DNA from: the human T2T-CHM13v2.0 reference genome, Homo sapiens | Length of the DNA: 64,000 nucleotides | Strand: one strand, 5' to 3' | Assembly: GCF_009914755.1 (NCBI RefSeq) | Contig: NC_060938.1 | Shown: positions 12,291-23,779 of the stretch, piece by piece | Position numbering within the stretch: position 1 is the stretch's first letter | Layout: each line of letters begins with the position of its first letter | Made by a program: the position numbers and the translations under genes | The notes under the pieces: generated by a model | The model's input: only the letters and a program-made list of their open reading frames with translations | Told to the model about the DNA's origin: nothing | Database searches by the model: none

Positions 12291-12973
12291 CACTAACATC
12301 AACCATGCATAAAGGAGAAATAACCCTCAGAAGATTTTCACAATCTGTGCATGTCTGTCACTTACTGGAAAAACCAATACGGCCCCGTGAACCTCTCCCA
12401 GAAATCTAGCTCTGGAATAAGAGTGAAAGACATACAAAATATCTCTAGAAGCTTTAAACCCCTCAGTTTTGAGGGTTGGCCCTAACCATGCATGCTTCTT
12501 GATCACACTGCACCAAGGAAATCCCAGGTTCAGTACCATGTCTGGATCTGTAATATACATTCATGAGCTGATCTTATGTCAGGGGAGAGAAGGGCAACAT
12601 TGTGCTAGTTTTTTAAGGCAGCATTCCCAAGTTAATGAAAAAAAGTCTGCATTTTCTTTATCATTCCTCCATCATGTTCAACCTCCAACAAAGATTACAA
12701 CCTTCAGATATTAGTCACTCTCCAGTTGTAAGAGTTAAGGTTAACAGGGTAAACAGATATTCAGTACTGCTTTGCCAGAAAAACTTGGCTGATCCAACAG
12801 ATTTTAACTCCGTAGGACACATTTTGCTGTATTTGTGCTTTCCTTTTTTTGTTCTGTCTTCCCTAGAGAAGTATTAACTCAAAGTCATCACGAGAGACCC
12901 ATCGCTGCTTCCTGCTTTTTATATTATCACTTGCATCTTTCTCTTTTATAATTTCTCCAGCCATTTGATTAAG

Positions 12974-13000
12974 CACACACACACATGCACACACACACAC
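12974..13000 (+). repeat. (CA)n microsatellite, interrupted
   Basis: CACACACACACATGCACACACACACAC. Confidence 0.9.
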
Positions 13001-13679
13001 CCAGAGGATGCCATCCACTTCTAAAAAGGCAACAATTTGATTGGAAAATGGAGAGTGTATAAAAGCATCTTCATATCCACCCATTTCACTTTCATCTACC
13101 TTTCCTGGTCTACTCAAGCCAACAGCAGGACTTTGCTCTTTAAATGTAATGGCTGCGATGAAATGCAGTTAGCGACCGAACTTAGAAAGGAATTAAGAAG
13201 ACTGAAGTGGGTTGGAAGCTAACAGAGAGGTACCCTCTGGACTTGTATTTTCAGTGATCTCTAAAAATGTGATGGATTCCAATGATGTTTTGACAAGGTT
13301 GCTGATACTTAAATCTTAACTGTTTAGAAAAAAACAGGTAAGAGATGAAAGAACATATTTTTCTTTGTCCAAAGTAGGTACGGTGACTGTGTTTTGAGAG
13401 GGTGAACTCCGAAAATAACAGTAATTTGACACACCAGCCATTAAGAAGGCAAAGAGGTAAGTCTGTCAGCCACTGCTTGTTTTGTTAGTCTGAAAAGTGA
13501 GAAACTATTTCTTGAAAGTTCTGCATTTTTGTTCATTGATGTGACAGAAGGTGTTGCATTTTATTAGCAATAGCCTTTGCCTAGTCATATATACATATAT
13601 CTTACTGTTAGCTTTTAATTAATGGCTTCTAACAATTGGAAATATTCATTAGCTAAGTTTGGATCTTTGAAGATGAAAA

Positions 13680-13838
13680 AATAGCCTTTTTCAGTCACTG
13701 CTTTTTCATCTGAAAAATGGGAATCATGATGTGAGCTTGTGGTGGTAGTATGAATTTTAAGTAGAAATAATATACATGAAAGGGCCTGGCACAGAATAGA
13801 GGCTCAATTAATGCTGGCGAGGATGATGATGATGATGA
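13680..13838 (+). mobile_element. MIR 3' half with a (GAT)n tail
   Basis: TTTTCATCTGAAAAATGGGAAT...GCCTGGCACAGAATAGAGGCTCAATTAATG. Confidence 0.7.
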
Positions 13839-16394
13839 AACTAAGCAGAGATGTATAATACACTGATTATTCCTATGGAAAGCATAAGCTTTCTTTAATC
13901 AATGAAATGGCTTTAGACATTTTCCTAGATGGATTATTAATATGGTCACCCTAGCAATTCAACATTCCTGTGTTTCATGAGGTATTTGTAAGTCATCCAA
14001 AGCCCCTCCTTCCTTATTCATTTAGAGGAATCTAGTGCAAGGAACTCCAGCTGGATTTGGCTTCATGCAGAGCTTCAGACAGGCCAAGTTGGCCTACGGC
14101 TGGTTTGTGAGAATAAATAGAACTCTTAGGAAGGATCTAGATTGGAAAGACAAGATGAGGAGCTCTTTGCCTTCCTCATTGTCCATTAAGAGGCTCTCCT
14201 TCAGCGTGACGGAGGCAATCATATGACGGTTTGCTCCAAACTTAGCAGATGATGTGGTTAACTGGGTGGGTGGGGAGCGGGGTGCGTGGTTCGAGAAATG
14301 GTCTCTGATCCTAGTTCAGCTCTGTGGCATGTCATCTCTTAATTACCGTGGCTTCCCTGTCACTGGAGAATATTTGTCAGCTTTTAGAACAATTAATATT
14401 ATGGAGAGTTGAGACTAAGAGGAAGAACAAGGGACTTCAACAACCTTTACATTTTTAGTAATTTTATGGATATGTTTATTTTATGGACAATCTCCCCAGC
14501 AGAACTGAATTACTACATTAATATTTATCCTTGGAATAAGGTAATGTGTGCTCGAGTGTACACGGAGCAATTAATTTAACAATGCTCTCCAATCTTACCT
14601 TGGGAGCTGAAACCAAGCATGCTGACATTGACTAATTATAAATAAAATATATAGGAATCCTTTTGTTTGTAATTAACTGGGGACAAGGCTATTACTACCT
14701 TGCCCCTGCATTGTAAGTTATCATAAAGAAAAAAAAACAAGAACCACCTCTCATTTAGGGATTCAACACTGTCCAAAGTATGGCTGGGGGAGATAAATAA
14801 AACAAGGCTAAGGTTTGTGTGTCCTGTGGCCTGGTGTGGAGGTGAAAGGGGAAGGTTGGGCTAGAGAGGAGACCTCAGCACTGAGATTAGACAATCTACG
14901 TCACAGGCAAAAATGGGAATAGAAGATGAAGGGGCATTGGGCTGAGGGTATCCCTGTGAAGGCATGAAACATCTGTGGCATTTTTATGTGATGCTTCTTT
15001 CATGTCTCACCAGGTGGACACCCCCGACACTTTCTGTGGTCTTTTAAAATTCTAAATAAACACAGCCAGGACACCAAGACTTCTCCTAGCTGGAGAGCAA
15101 GCATGAGTTTGGTTCAAATAGGTTTTGAGCATGATTAAGTGACTGAGAGTGGATGTGTTAAGGCCTGAATAATATCTGAATGCTTCTCAGGTGAAAACCT
15201 CTTAGAGGTATCTGTAGCACAGCTGGGGAATCCTGCCAATGGCAACCAACCACCTTGATTATCTACTATCACCTGCAAACAAAAACAGCAGCAAGAAAAA
15301 TGTAAAATGGAAAAATGTAAAATGAGTTTGTTGCTGCTGTCTTACTTTGATGGGAGAAAGGAATGAAAACTCAAAGCAATGAGGGCTTTAGAAAAATCAG
15401 TGCCTGGAATTCACCGTGGTGTGGACTGGATCGAGCCATTTAGAATGAGGGAAGCAGTCTTTGCACAAAGACAGTAGAAACAGGAATTAATCAATTTGGC
15501 CTTTGCTGATGCTATTCATAAGGGGACATTATTCGTTTCTGGTTGGGAAATCTTTGCTTCAGCACGCAGGCTGTAGATTATGCAAAAGAACATTTTCTTT
15601 TGTTTCCAACACATCACGGTGTTTGCAAGACAGTCTGAGATGGGAAAATGGAACCTGTTCGTATTCAATCTGGTTGAGAAAAAGATAATGAAACGGCCAC
15701 AGGCTTTTTTTTTTCTAAGAGATGATTTTTATTTATTTATTTTTGTGTGTGTGATCCTACTTGGAAAGAAAGCAAATTTCAGTTAATAACATTGAGCAGT
15801 ATTGTTGCTTTGCTAGATAGTTACACCACCGGCTGAGTATATCCCTCCTTGCCTTTGGAATCTACCAGGTCCTCATCACATTCTGGCCAAGCTAGGTGGG
15901 GCCGAGGTGACCAGCTCCTCAAGGGCAGGTGATTTGTCCAGCTCAAGGTCTGGCAGCGAGTTTGCTGAATGATGTCCCCAGATACACCAACAGAAGCCCA
16001 ACAAAACTAATTTCGCTGATACCATAGCTAATCCCTTTCAAACACATAGTACTGTGTGAGCCACATGGGTATAATGGTGGCCCAGAAATGATCCACGCAG
16101 TTATTCATTAATGAGCTTATTCATCAATGAGTGCCACTTTCCCAGTGGGAGAGGCTAGGGTGTAAAAAGATTTCCAACATGTTCACCCTTGAGATTGCCT
16201 GAATTTGTACCTCATCTATCTTGTCATATTAAACAGGCAGAGAAAGCCACTGCTCACTTTGATGGGCATTGGATACTGGCATGAAAAGCTATAGTCCTGA
16301 AAGCCTGCTGAGGCTGCTCCACCGATTATTCATTTATAGTTGTCACTATTGTAACAGGTAGACAGCAAAGAAATTTGAATAATTGTCATTAACT

Positions 16395-17040
16395 GTTGGA
16401 CTCTTACAATCTCAAAGGGACCTTACAGGTTACTCAGACCCTTTTCAACATCACTGCTTAACAAGCCTTCAGCTTTTGCTTGAATGCCGCGAGTGACGGG
16501 GAACTCACTACTTACCAAGAGAGCCCATTTGTTATTTGGGTTGCTGTGAGTCACGAGTTGGAAAATTGTTTCTGTAAAGGGCTGGACACTAAATGCTTTA
16601 GGCTTAGTGGGCCATTCGGTCTCTGTAGCAAGTACTCATCTCTGTTCTTGCAGCACAGACAAGACAAAAACGAATGGGTGGGCACTAGAATCTTGTTTAC
16701 CGAAGTGGTCAGTGACTTAGATTTGACCCATGAGCTGTGGTTTGCTGCCCACTGCTCTAAGGGTGAAGGTGCTCTTTCTCATCTTGAAAAAAAGCAATTG
16801 TCTTCCTGGTGGCCTAGTTCAACCTCTTGGGGCCACCTGTAAGAGCTAATCAAGCTCTCGCCTATAAGAAAACCCTGCAGCTATTTGAAATTGATGGTAT
16901 CCTCTTTCCAAATTATCTCTTTTGTGTTTGCCACTTCTCTCCGCTCTTCCCAGCTGCCCCAATTTCAATCTTTCACCACCTCCTTGGTGTGGTCAGTTGG
17001 GGATCTCATTTTGATAACCTCTTGATATGGGTGTTGCACA
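16395..17040 (-). mobile_element. CR1/L3 LINE fragment (host of the MER58A)
   Basis: TTGAATGCCGCGAGTGACGGGGAACTCACTACTTACCAAG resembles the reverse CR1 3' region; compatible text follows the MER58. Confidence 0.55.
16552..16754. mobile_element. MER58A-like hAT-Charlie DNA transposon
   Basis: TTTCTGTAAAGGGC...TTTAGGCTT...GGGCCATTCGGTCTCTGT...GATTTGACCC...GTTTGCTGCCCACTG. Confidence 0.8.
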
Positions 17041-17411
17041 GCAAGATTTCCGACCTGAAAGCTGATCCTAAACAAATGTTTGAGTGCTCTTGACTTCATT
17101 TCACCTGTGCTTTATGTCACTCTTCAGTCAGGCCCTGCCACTGACGCAGGCTGTCCTATTTGAGTGAATGCATATGAGTCAAACTGCTGCTCAGCCCAGA
17201 GGCTGCAGTCTGTCTGGATAAGCCCAGCCAGTCACCCTTCTGGCTTCCTGCTAACCAGGGAGCTCTGCTGGATAGACGCTGCCCCTCCCTGGGCTACCAT
17301 TTTCTTCCTTTGAAGCTGGAGATGCTGACAGAGTCAAGTGAGCTCAGGGAGATGGACATGCATTGTGAACTGTAAAGAGCCATATGCAAGTATTAAAAAT
17401 TAACAGGACCA

Positions 17412-17713
17412 GGCTGGGGGCGGTGGCTCATGCCTGTAATCCCAACACTTTGGGAGGCCGAGGTGGGCAGATCACGAGGTCGGGAGATTGAGACCGTCCT
17501 GGCTAACGCGGTGAAACCCCGTCTCTACTAAAAATACAAAAAATTAGCCGGGCGTGGTGGCGGGCGCCTGTAGTCCCAGCTACTCGGGAGCTGAGGCAGG
17601 AGAATGGCGTGAACCTGGGAGGCGGAGCTTGCAGTGAGCCGAGATCATGCCACTGCACTCCAGCCTAGGTGACAGAGCGAGACTCCATCTCAAAAAAAAA
17701 AAAAAAAAAAAAA
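17412..17713 (+). mobile_element. AluY
   Basis: Y diagnostics (GATCACGAGGTC, CCTGGCTAAC, GAATGGCGTGAAC, GGAGCTTGCAG), long A tail; TSD AAAAATTA(A/G)CAGGACCA at 17395-17411 and 17709-17725. Confidence 0.95.
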
Positions 17714-18094
17714 TTAGCAGGACCAGACCACCCAGGAGGAAGTCCCAGGTTCAAGTCACAGGGTCCGTCAGGTATCAGCTTGGAGACTGAGGAATCCTCC
17801 AGATCAAACCCCCATGTACATGATAAGAGCCAATGAAATGTGGGAAATGAGACGTTTTGAAAACCTCAGAGCACTGTAAAAAAATAAAAAGTCATTAACA
17901 GTAGAGATACTAATTTTTAGAAAGGAAGGATGCTTCCAATCTTTCCTGAGCCATTTCTAAGGAAGTCCTTTCTCTCTCTTGGGTCCTACTACCCCCAACC
18001 CAATATCATACACCTGTCTGACTGCACTTCACACAGTGTTTCTTCTCTAAAAGGAACAATTAGGTTTGACCTTTCTCAGTGGGCTCTAATTTTT

Positions 18095-18350
18095 CAGTAT
18101 TCGAAAGTCTTTGCAAGTGCTGCTCCTGGACTTGAAATATTTCTGCTCCCCAACCCCCAAACCATTTCCCTTTCATTTGATTGACTCCCACTTATCTTTC
18201 AGACTCATTTTAGAAGTCCCCCTCACCCCAGGAAGGCTTCCTCAATCTCCTAGATCCAAGGAAGGGCCTCTCTTTTGTGCAACCACATGACCTAATAAGT
18301 GCTCAATTAACACTTATTAAATGAATGACTGCACAAATGAATGAATAGAT
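18095..18350 (+). mobile_element. L2 LINE 3' end
   Basis: CCCAGGAAGGCTTCCT...AATAAGTGCTCAATTAAC...AAATGAATGAAT. Confidence 0.6.
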
Positions 18351-19139
18351 TGTGGATGCAATAGGCCAATATCTGCAAAAAGCTGGAAACAGATGTACTA
18401 TTTATGTGTCTCATGCAAACATTACACTCACTACCGATTGCCAAGCCCTCTCACACAGAGGGACTGGTGAAGTATACTGTGTGCCTTGCCACGTCCCTGC
18501 AAAGTGTGGAGGCTGGTAGGGATCAGGACCCCACCGTCCTTATGAATGATGGGAGGAGACTCAGTCAAGCACAGCCACTAAGTCTTGGCTTGGGTAGCTG
18601 TCTGGAGGCTGGATCCTCTTACAGCTACCTGCTCCACTGTCTCACACTCACCACCCCATAGGCCAGACTCAGCAGATGGCCTTGCCTGCTTCTTCAGGGA
18701 GGAAACCAGCACTAACAGGAGGCATGGGCTCCCCTAGCTCCCTCTCTACTTGCCTCCCTGAGAGCTCAAAAGAAGGGCAGTCCCTGCACTTTTGAGACTT
18801 TTCTTCCACCTGTGTCTTTCAGCATCCCTAGGACTTGCTCCATGTCTTCAACTTCTTGTCTACCTGCCTTGGGTCTCTCTCAGCTCCTGCACACAAGAGC
18901 TGCTTGTTACCAGCTCTGGGATTTCCCCTGCGTATTCCTCCTGATTAGCTTGTTCTTGCTTCTGCCTTATCACCTGGCCAATATTTACGGATCCTTGGGG
19001 ACCCAATTCAGATGCCACCTCCTCTGGGCAGCCAGCTGCAGTCCCTGCAGATAGGTATAGTCACTTTCCTCTATGCCTCCAAGAATAGTATTTGGTAACC
19101 TCTATAAGATAGGGCATAAAAATTCACACAACAACTATG

Positions 19140-19532
19140 AGGGTCTAGCGATGATAATAACTATCTTTTTATCAATAGCTCACTCTGTTCCAGGAACTAT
19201 GCTGGAGACTCCACGCACACATCTCATTGGCAGTCCTAAGTCTCAAGCAGCCACTACCTATGTTACTATTGTTCTTTTTTTCCTTTAGCCTGGCAGACAG
19301 TATAGGAAGTTAGGAACTTGGGCTTGGGGTTAGGAAGACTGGGTTACAAATCCCCAAGTCCATCATTTGCCAGCTTCATGACTTTAGGGAACTTACATAA
19401 CCTTTTTGAGCTTCCCTTCCCAAGCAAAGATAATGGACCCACTTTACAGGGTTTGGTGAGGTTAAAATGAGCTTTCCTAGATAAAACTCTTGGTACCTGG
19501 AGTTCCTGGCATGGGTTAAGCCCTCAGTAAAA
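19140..19532. mobile_element. MIR fragments (minus then plus orientation)
   Basis: Reverse MIR tail at about 19150-19280; forward MIR (AGACTGGGTTACAAATCC...GACTTTAGGGAACTTAC...GTGAGGTTAAAATGAG) at about 19290-19532. Confidence 0.6.
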
Positions 19533-22050
19533 GCCCCTATGAGGACCCAGAAGACAGAGGACTTATGTAAGTCATTTTTGCATCCCTGGTGCCTAACACT
19601 GTGCCTGACTTCAGTAGATACTCCTTACAAATTTAGGGTGATGTTCTTCCACTGCATTGCTGAGGAACAATCCCTGTGTGGCCACAGGGATCATGGGCTT
19701 CCTCAATCCTGGCTTTCCTGTGCACTCCCCACTTCCTATTATTTGAGAAAAACATGAAGAATGAATATGCAATGTAGGAGTCTTCCCTGCTGCCTTTTTC
19801 CCCATGCATACACACACCAATAAAAGATGTATGTGCCAGCTTTTGCTATGCTTAAACAACATTTTTCAAATCTCTGCAAACCATGAATGAGACACTTGTG
19901 CCGTCAAATCGCACTTCCTTACAGGCTGCTTTGTTTCCTGGAATAGTGGGACGCATGGAATCCAAGCTCTGAGGTTTCATTTATTGTAAGCACTGGGCTC
20001 CCTGACCAAATTAGGTGTCAAACTCTACCTGCAGATTGGGAAATTGGGGCTGAAGAAAGAGCCGGCAGCCAATTTGGCACACAGAAATAGTTCTTCTGGA
20101 GTTTCTGGGGACCACCTCCCTGTCTGCAACTACCCATAATAACTGGTTGGGAAATTCAGAGATATTGCTCCCAATTTCGCCGGAAAATGTTGGAATGCAA
20201 CTGTTATACACAGGCTGGGATGCAAAGTGCTTTTCTCAGAAAAGTGTGGCCTTTGGACCCTGGTTTCTTAAGACACAGGTTTCTGTTTCCATGGACTTGC
20301 AGGGTTTTTCAATAGGAGTTACTGGCATCTCAATAATAATAATAATTGGAGGAAATGTCTTGTCACTAAGCCAACAAAAACCACTCAGACTCTGCTGTTT
20401 CCCAAAGCCCCTCATGGAGGGACTCTGTCCTGTAGAGCTGCAGGGCTGGGGTGTGGGTGTTCCTGGGCAGGCCTGATTCCCCTAAATCTCTGCTGAGTCT
20501 CTCCTCTGCATCTTTCTCCCCACATCCATACCATGAGGAAGACAGAAAGGCCAGCTAGGGAGGGTATGGGTTGGTGTTGTGGACGAGGTGGTAGGTGATT
20601 CCTATTCTGTAGCAGGGATGGGAGGGAAGCAGCCTTTTGGTAGGCAGGAGGATCTTCTGAGAAGTAGGGGCAGAAGGTTCCTTGCACCATCCAACTGGGG
20701 AAGGGGCACAGCGGTGGGCCCTGGGAACCTGCTAACCAGGATGTCTGGGTTCTTCCCCCAGCTCTGCTTCTGAGGCACCCAGCAGACCTGGGCAATTTGC
20801 CTCCTCGTCGATAGAGACCATGGTCGCTGCTTGCTCTGACCATGTTTCCCGGCACTTGCCTTACTTCCCTGGACGTTGGGGTGGATTTTGGTGAGGTCCC
20901 AGAGAACCAGGAGACAGGCTGCTTATCTTCTAGAAAATCATGTTCACATTCATGGAAGGCCTTAGGTACTAGTACTTAGCTATGACCTTTGGAGACAAGG
21001 ACTCCATCTTCCTGAAGACGTTAAAATGTCCTGTGTACTGAAAGCAATTGGAGGGGCCTGGATTTGAACCCCAGTCTGTGTCAGAGGTCCCAAGTCTTCC
21101 AAGAAAGTGGAAGGCGCCCCGAGGCAGGTTAGAGGGCCTACAAGGCGGGCAACTGGACATGGGGATGGGCTGGGGAGGCGCCAAAGGGCGGCAGGGATTG
21201 GGGGTATAGTGGTTTGACCACGACTTAACTACCTTCAGCTGCCAGGCCATCCGCCTGTTCCCTGGAAGATATAAGGAGCTGGGAGTGGGGAACGGAGCAA
21301 CCTGAGCTTCCATGATGAAGAAAGAGACAGCGCAGGAGCAAAATGTCCAGGAAGGAGGGAGAGAGACCAGAGGAAGGAGGAGGCGCCTCTTTCACCCGCG
21401 TCCCCAGGTCCCCATGTACGCCACGTGGGTGGGAGCGTGTCCCACACACCCGCGCGCCCAAAGCCACATTCGCCACGCTCCCGCCGGGGCGGGCTCACCG
21501 CGCGCCTCTGGGTGCCGAGCCTCCACAGGCCACATAGCCGCCACCTGCTGCTGCATCCCCACTGCGGGGACAGGGGCACTCAGTGCCTCCCTCCGTCCCC
21601 CCCGCCCCGCGAAGGCCTCCCATCCTCCAGGGCCAGGCGGAGGCCACGTCTTTCCCGGGCCCCCTCCCCAACGCGGAGAGGGAAGCGGAGGGAGGAGCTT
21701 GGCCCGCAGCCGCCGGCCCTCCCCGCACTGGAGCTCCCCCTCCCCTCCCTCCCCGCCCCTCGGCTGCCGCAGCCCGGCTCGCAGCGCGCGTCAGCGGGGG
21801 CTCCCCGGAGCGAGTCGCTAGGTAACGGGGCTGGCTCCGCAGACGCGGGGCCGGGGAAGCCCGCGCGCGTCATCAGCAGCGGCGCCGCGGGGCGGGGGGC
21901 GCAGAGACCCTCCCCAATCCCGGCCTGCCACCACCTGGCTCGCGCGCAGCCCCGGCCCAGAATGCCTTAACCTGCGCCGATTGCTGCCGCCGAGGTGCCC
22001 CTCCCCTGTAGGGACCCCGACGCCGCCAGCCCCTTCCTCCTTTCCCGCAG

Positions 22051-22112
22051 GTGCGCACTGCTGTGCTTGCGGCCGGGTGGGCGCCCCGCCGCTGCGGTCG
22101 CGGTCGCCGCTG
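22051..22112 (+). other. Candidate 62-nt non-coding 5' exon
   Basis: Pyrimidine tract plus CAG acceptor ending at 22050; strong donor CTG|GTAAGC at 22113; contains no ATG. Confidence 0.5.
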
Positions 22113-22319
22113 GTAAGCTGCGCTCTGGGGCTTGGGGCAGGAAGCAGTGGGGGGCGCTCGAAGAGCAGGGCAGCTACGGCCACCGTGGCCGCCGGACCGG
22201 CCATGTGCTAAAGTTTCTGGGGCTCGGCGCCCCGCTGGGCGCGCAGCGCGGGGAGCAGACGCGCCGTGGGTGGGGCAGCGCGGTGCTGCTGGCGCCCGGC
22301 CCCCGCGGGGTGCAGCTCT

Positions 22320-22688
22320 GCGCGTTCTCATGCTGTCTCTCTCTCTTTCCCTCCGCGCTGCCTCTCCGAGGTCCTCCCGCCGAGCCCCGGCGCGGGGCAT
22401 GAGGAGCCCCCGGGTGCCGCCCAGAGACCAGCAGGCTGCGCGCACACCTAGCCAGCGGCAGACGGGGACATGAGCAGCGCGCACGGGGTCCCGCGCCCGG
22501 CGGCCAGCCCTATCCGGCGGCGGCCAGCGGGTCAACGCTGCCCGGGAGAATGAGGCAGGAGCCGGCGGCAGCCTCCTTTTTTTCCTTCTCCTCGCCTTCC
22601 TGCGGCTCCGGCGCTCCGGGTCCGGGCCGGGCTGCGGCTCTGCTGCGTGCCCCGCGCGCCCCTCAACCGCCTCCGGATGCGCTTCTCG
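22320..22688 (+). other. Candidate alternative first exon (5' leader with uORFs); start approximate
   Basis: Ends in donor TCG|GTAAGC (22689) near the 3' edge of the CpG island; ATGs at 22330, 22399, 22470, 22550 and 22677. Confidence 0.6.
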
Positions 22689-23064
22689 GTAAGCCAGGCC
22701 CTCCGCCTCGCGAACAAAGCTCCCTTCGCAGGGCCCGGAGGCCGCCTCAGGGCCCCTGTCCTACCCTCCTTCCCCACTTACAGCCTGGAAACATTCGGGG
22801 CTTCCGATTGAATCGTTCAATTTCCCCTGCCCCGAAGCCCCGCCTGGAGGCTGAACTGCCCGGGCAGACCTGGTGCTTTCTTCTGCCTTCTGGAGAAAGA
22901 TGTGGGTTTGACATGCAGGCGGGAGACCTGTCTGGTCTAGATAACGGCATGTGTATGCAGCTAGGTTCAGACTTAGCATTTGGGGGCAACAACTCTTATT
23001 TAGTGGGTGTCCAGGCCGTGCCGGGCAGTGTGCCTCAAAGCCGCTCTGGGAAATAGGTCCCCGT

Positions 23065-23165
23065 TTCTCCTTGGCCCAGATGAGGAAACTGAGGCTTAGA
23101 GAGGTTGAATGACTTAATCAAGGTCACAAGGTTAGGAAGTGGGAGACCAGGATTGGAAACCAGGG
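23065..23165 (-). mobile_element. MIR SINE
   Basis: CAGATGAGGAAACTGAGGCTTAGAGAGGTTGAATGACTT...AAGGTCACA. Confidence 0.85.
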
Positions 23166-23779
23166 TACCCTACTTCCCTGCCAGACTGTTCCCTTTGTAA
23201 CAAACACACCTGTCTCATTTCTTCTACTAACTGCTTCCGTCTCGAGAGTCATTGCGTGTGTGTGAAAATACTTGCTCCAATGAGTATCTGTTCTGATGAA
23301 ATAAATTGCCTGTAGCAAGCACTTTTTGTCCATCCTGCCATCACGCTGCTGCCAACCCCTAATGTGTACTCTACTTTTTAGTTCAGGTGAGAGGATAATA
23401 TGTTTTCCTAGGTGTTCTCTTTCCTGGGGTTCTGTTTTCCCAGTCCTCCTGAAGGATGGAAAGGACAGTGGTTCCTCCTGTGTGCCCAGCACATGCTAGG
23501 CCTCAGAACTGCATCCTTAACCTTTCCCTGGGGGCAGGGCTCATCAAGGTTACCTGCCCCTGGTTTTGTAAATCTTGGAGATGATTACTTAACCGGAGCG
23601 GGGGCTGATCCCAGATGGCCACTGTGCAGGGGCTGGCCCAGTGTTGGCTCATATTTGCCAGCCCTCAGTGTCAGCAGAACTTCTGAGCCCCAAACACTTC
23701 TGAGCCCCAAAGAAAAGGAGTTTTAATGCAGATACGATGCCTGATGCATGCCCCCAGTTCTCTGGCTTGCCGCTGTTAG

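Larger units (their letters stand above)
21395..22900. promoter_or_regulatory. CpG island / promoter of an unidentified gene
   Basis: About 1.5 kb of very GC- and CpG-rich unique sequence against a CpG-depleted background; GC boxes, E-box CCACGTGG (21421-21428), X-box-like GTCGCTAGGTAAC (21814-21826), and clustered splice donors. Confidence 0.95.

Noticed and set aside
21395-22900. Assigning a gene symbol to the promoter
   Set aside because: No coding exon is present and I do not reliably recognise the leader; a BLAT of 22051-22688 would settle it.
21225-23056. Many overlapping 100-220 aa ORFs in the CpG island
   Set aside because: They are Pro/Arg/Gly/Ala-rich in all six frames, as expected when stops are scarce in GC-rich DNA; no recognisable domain.
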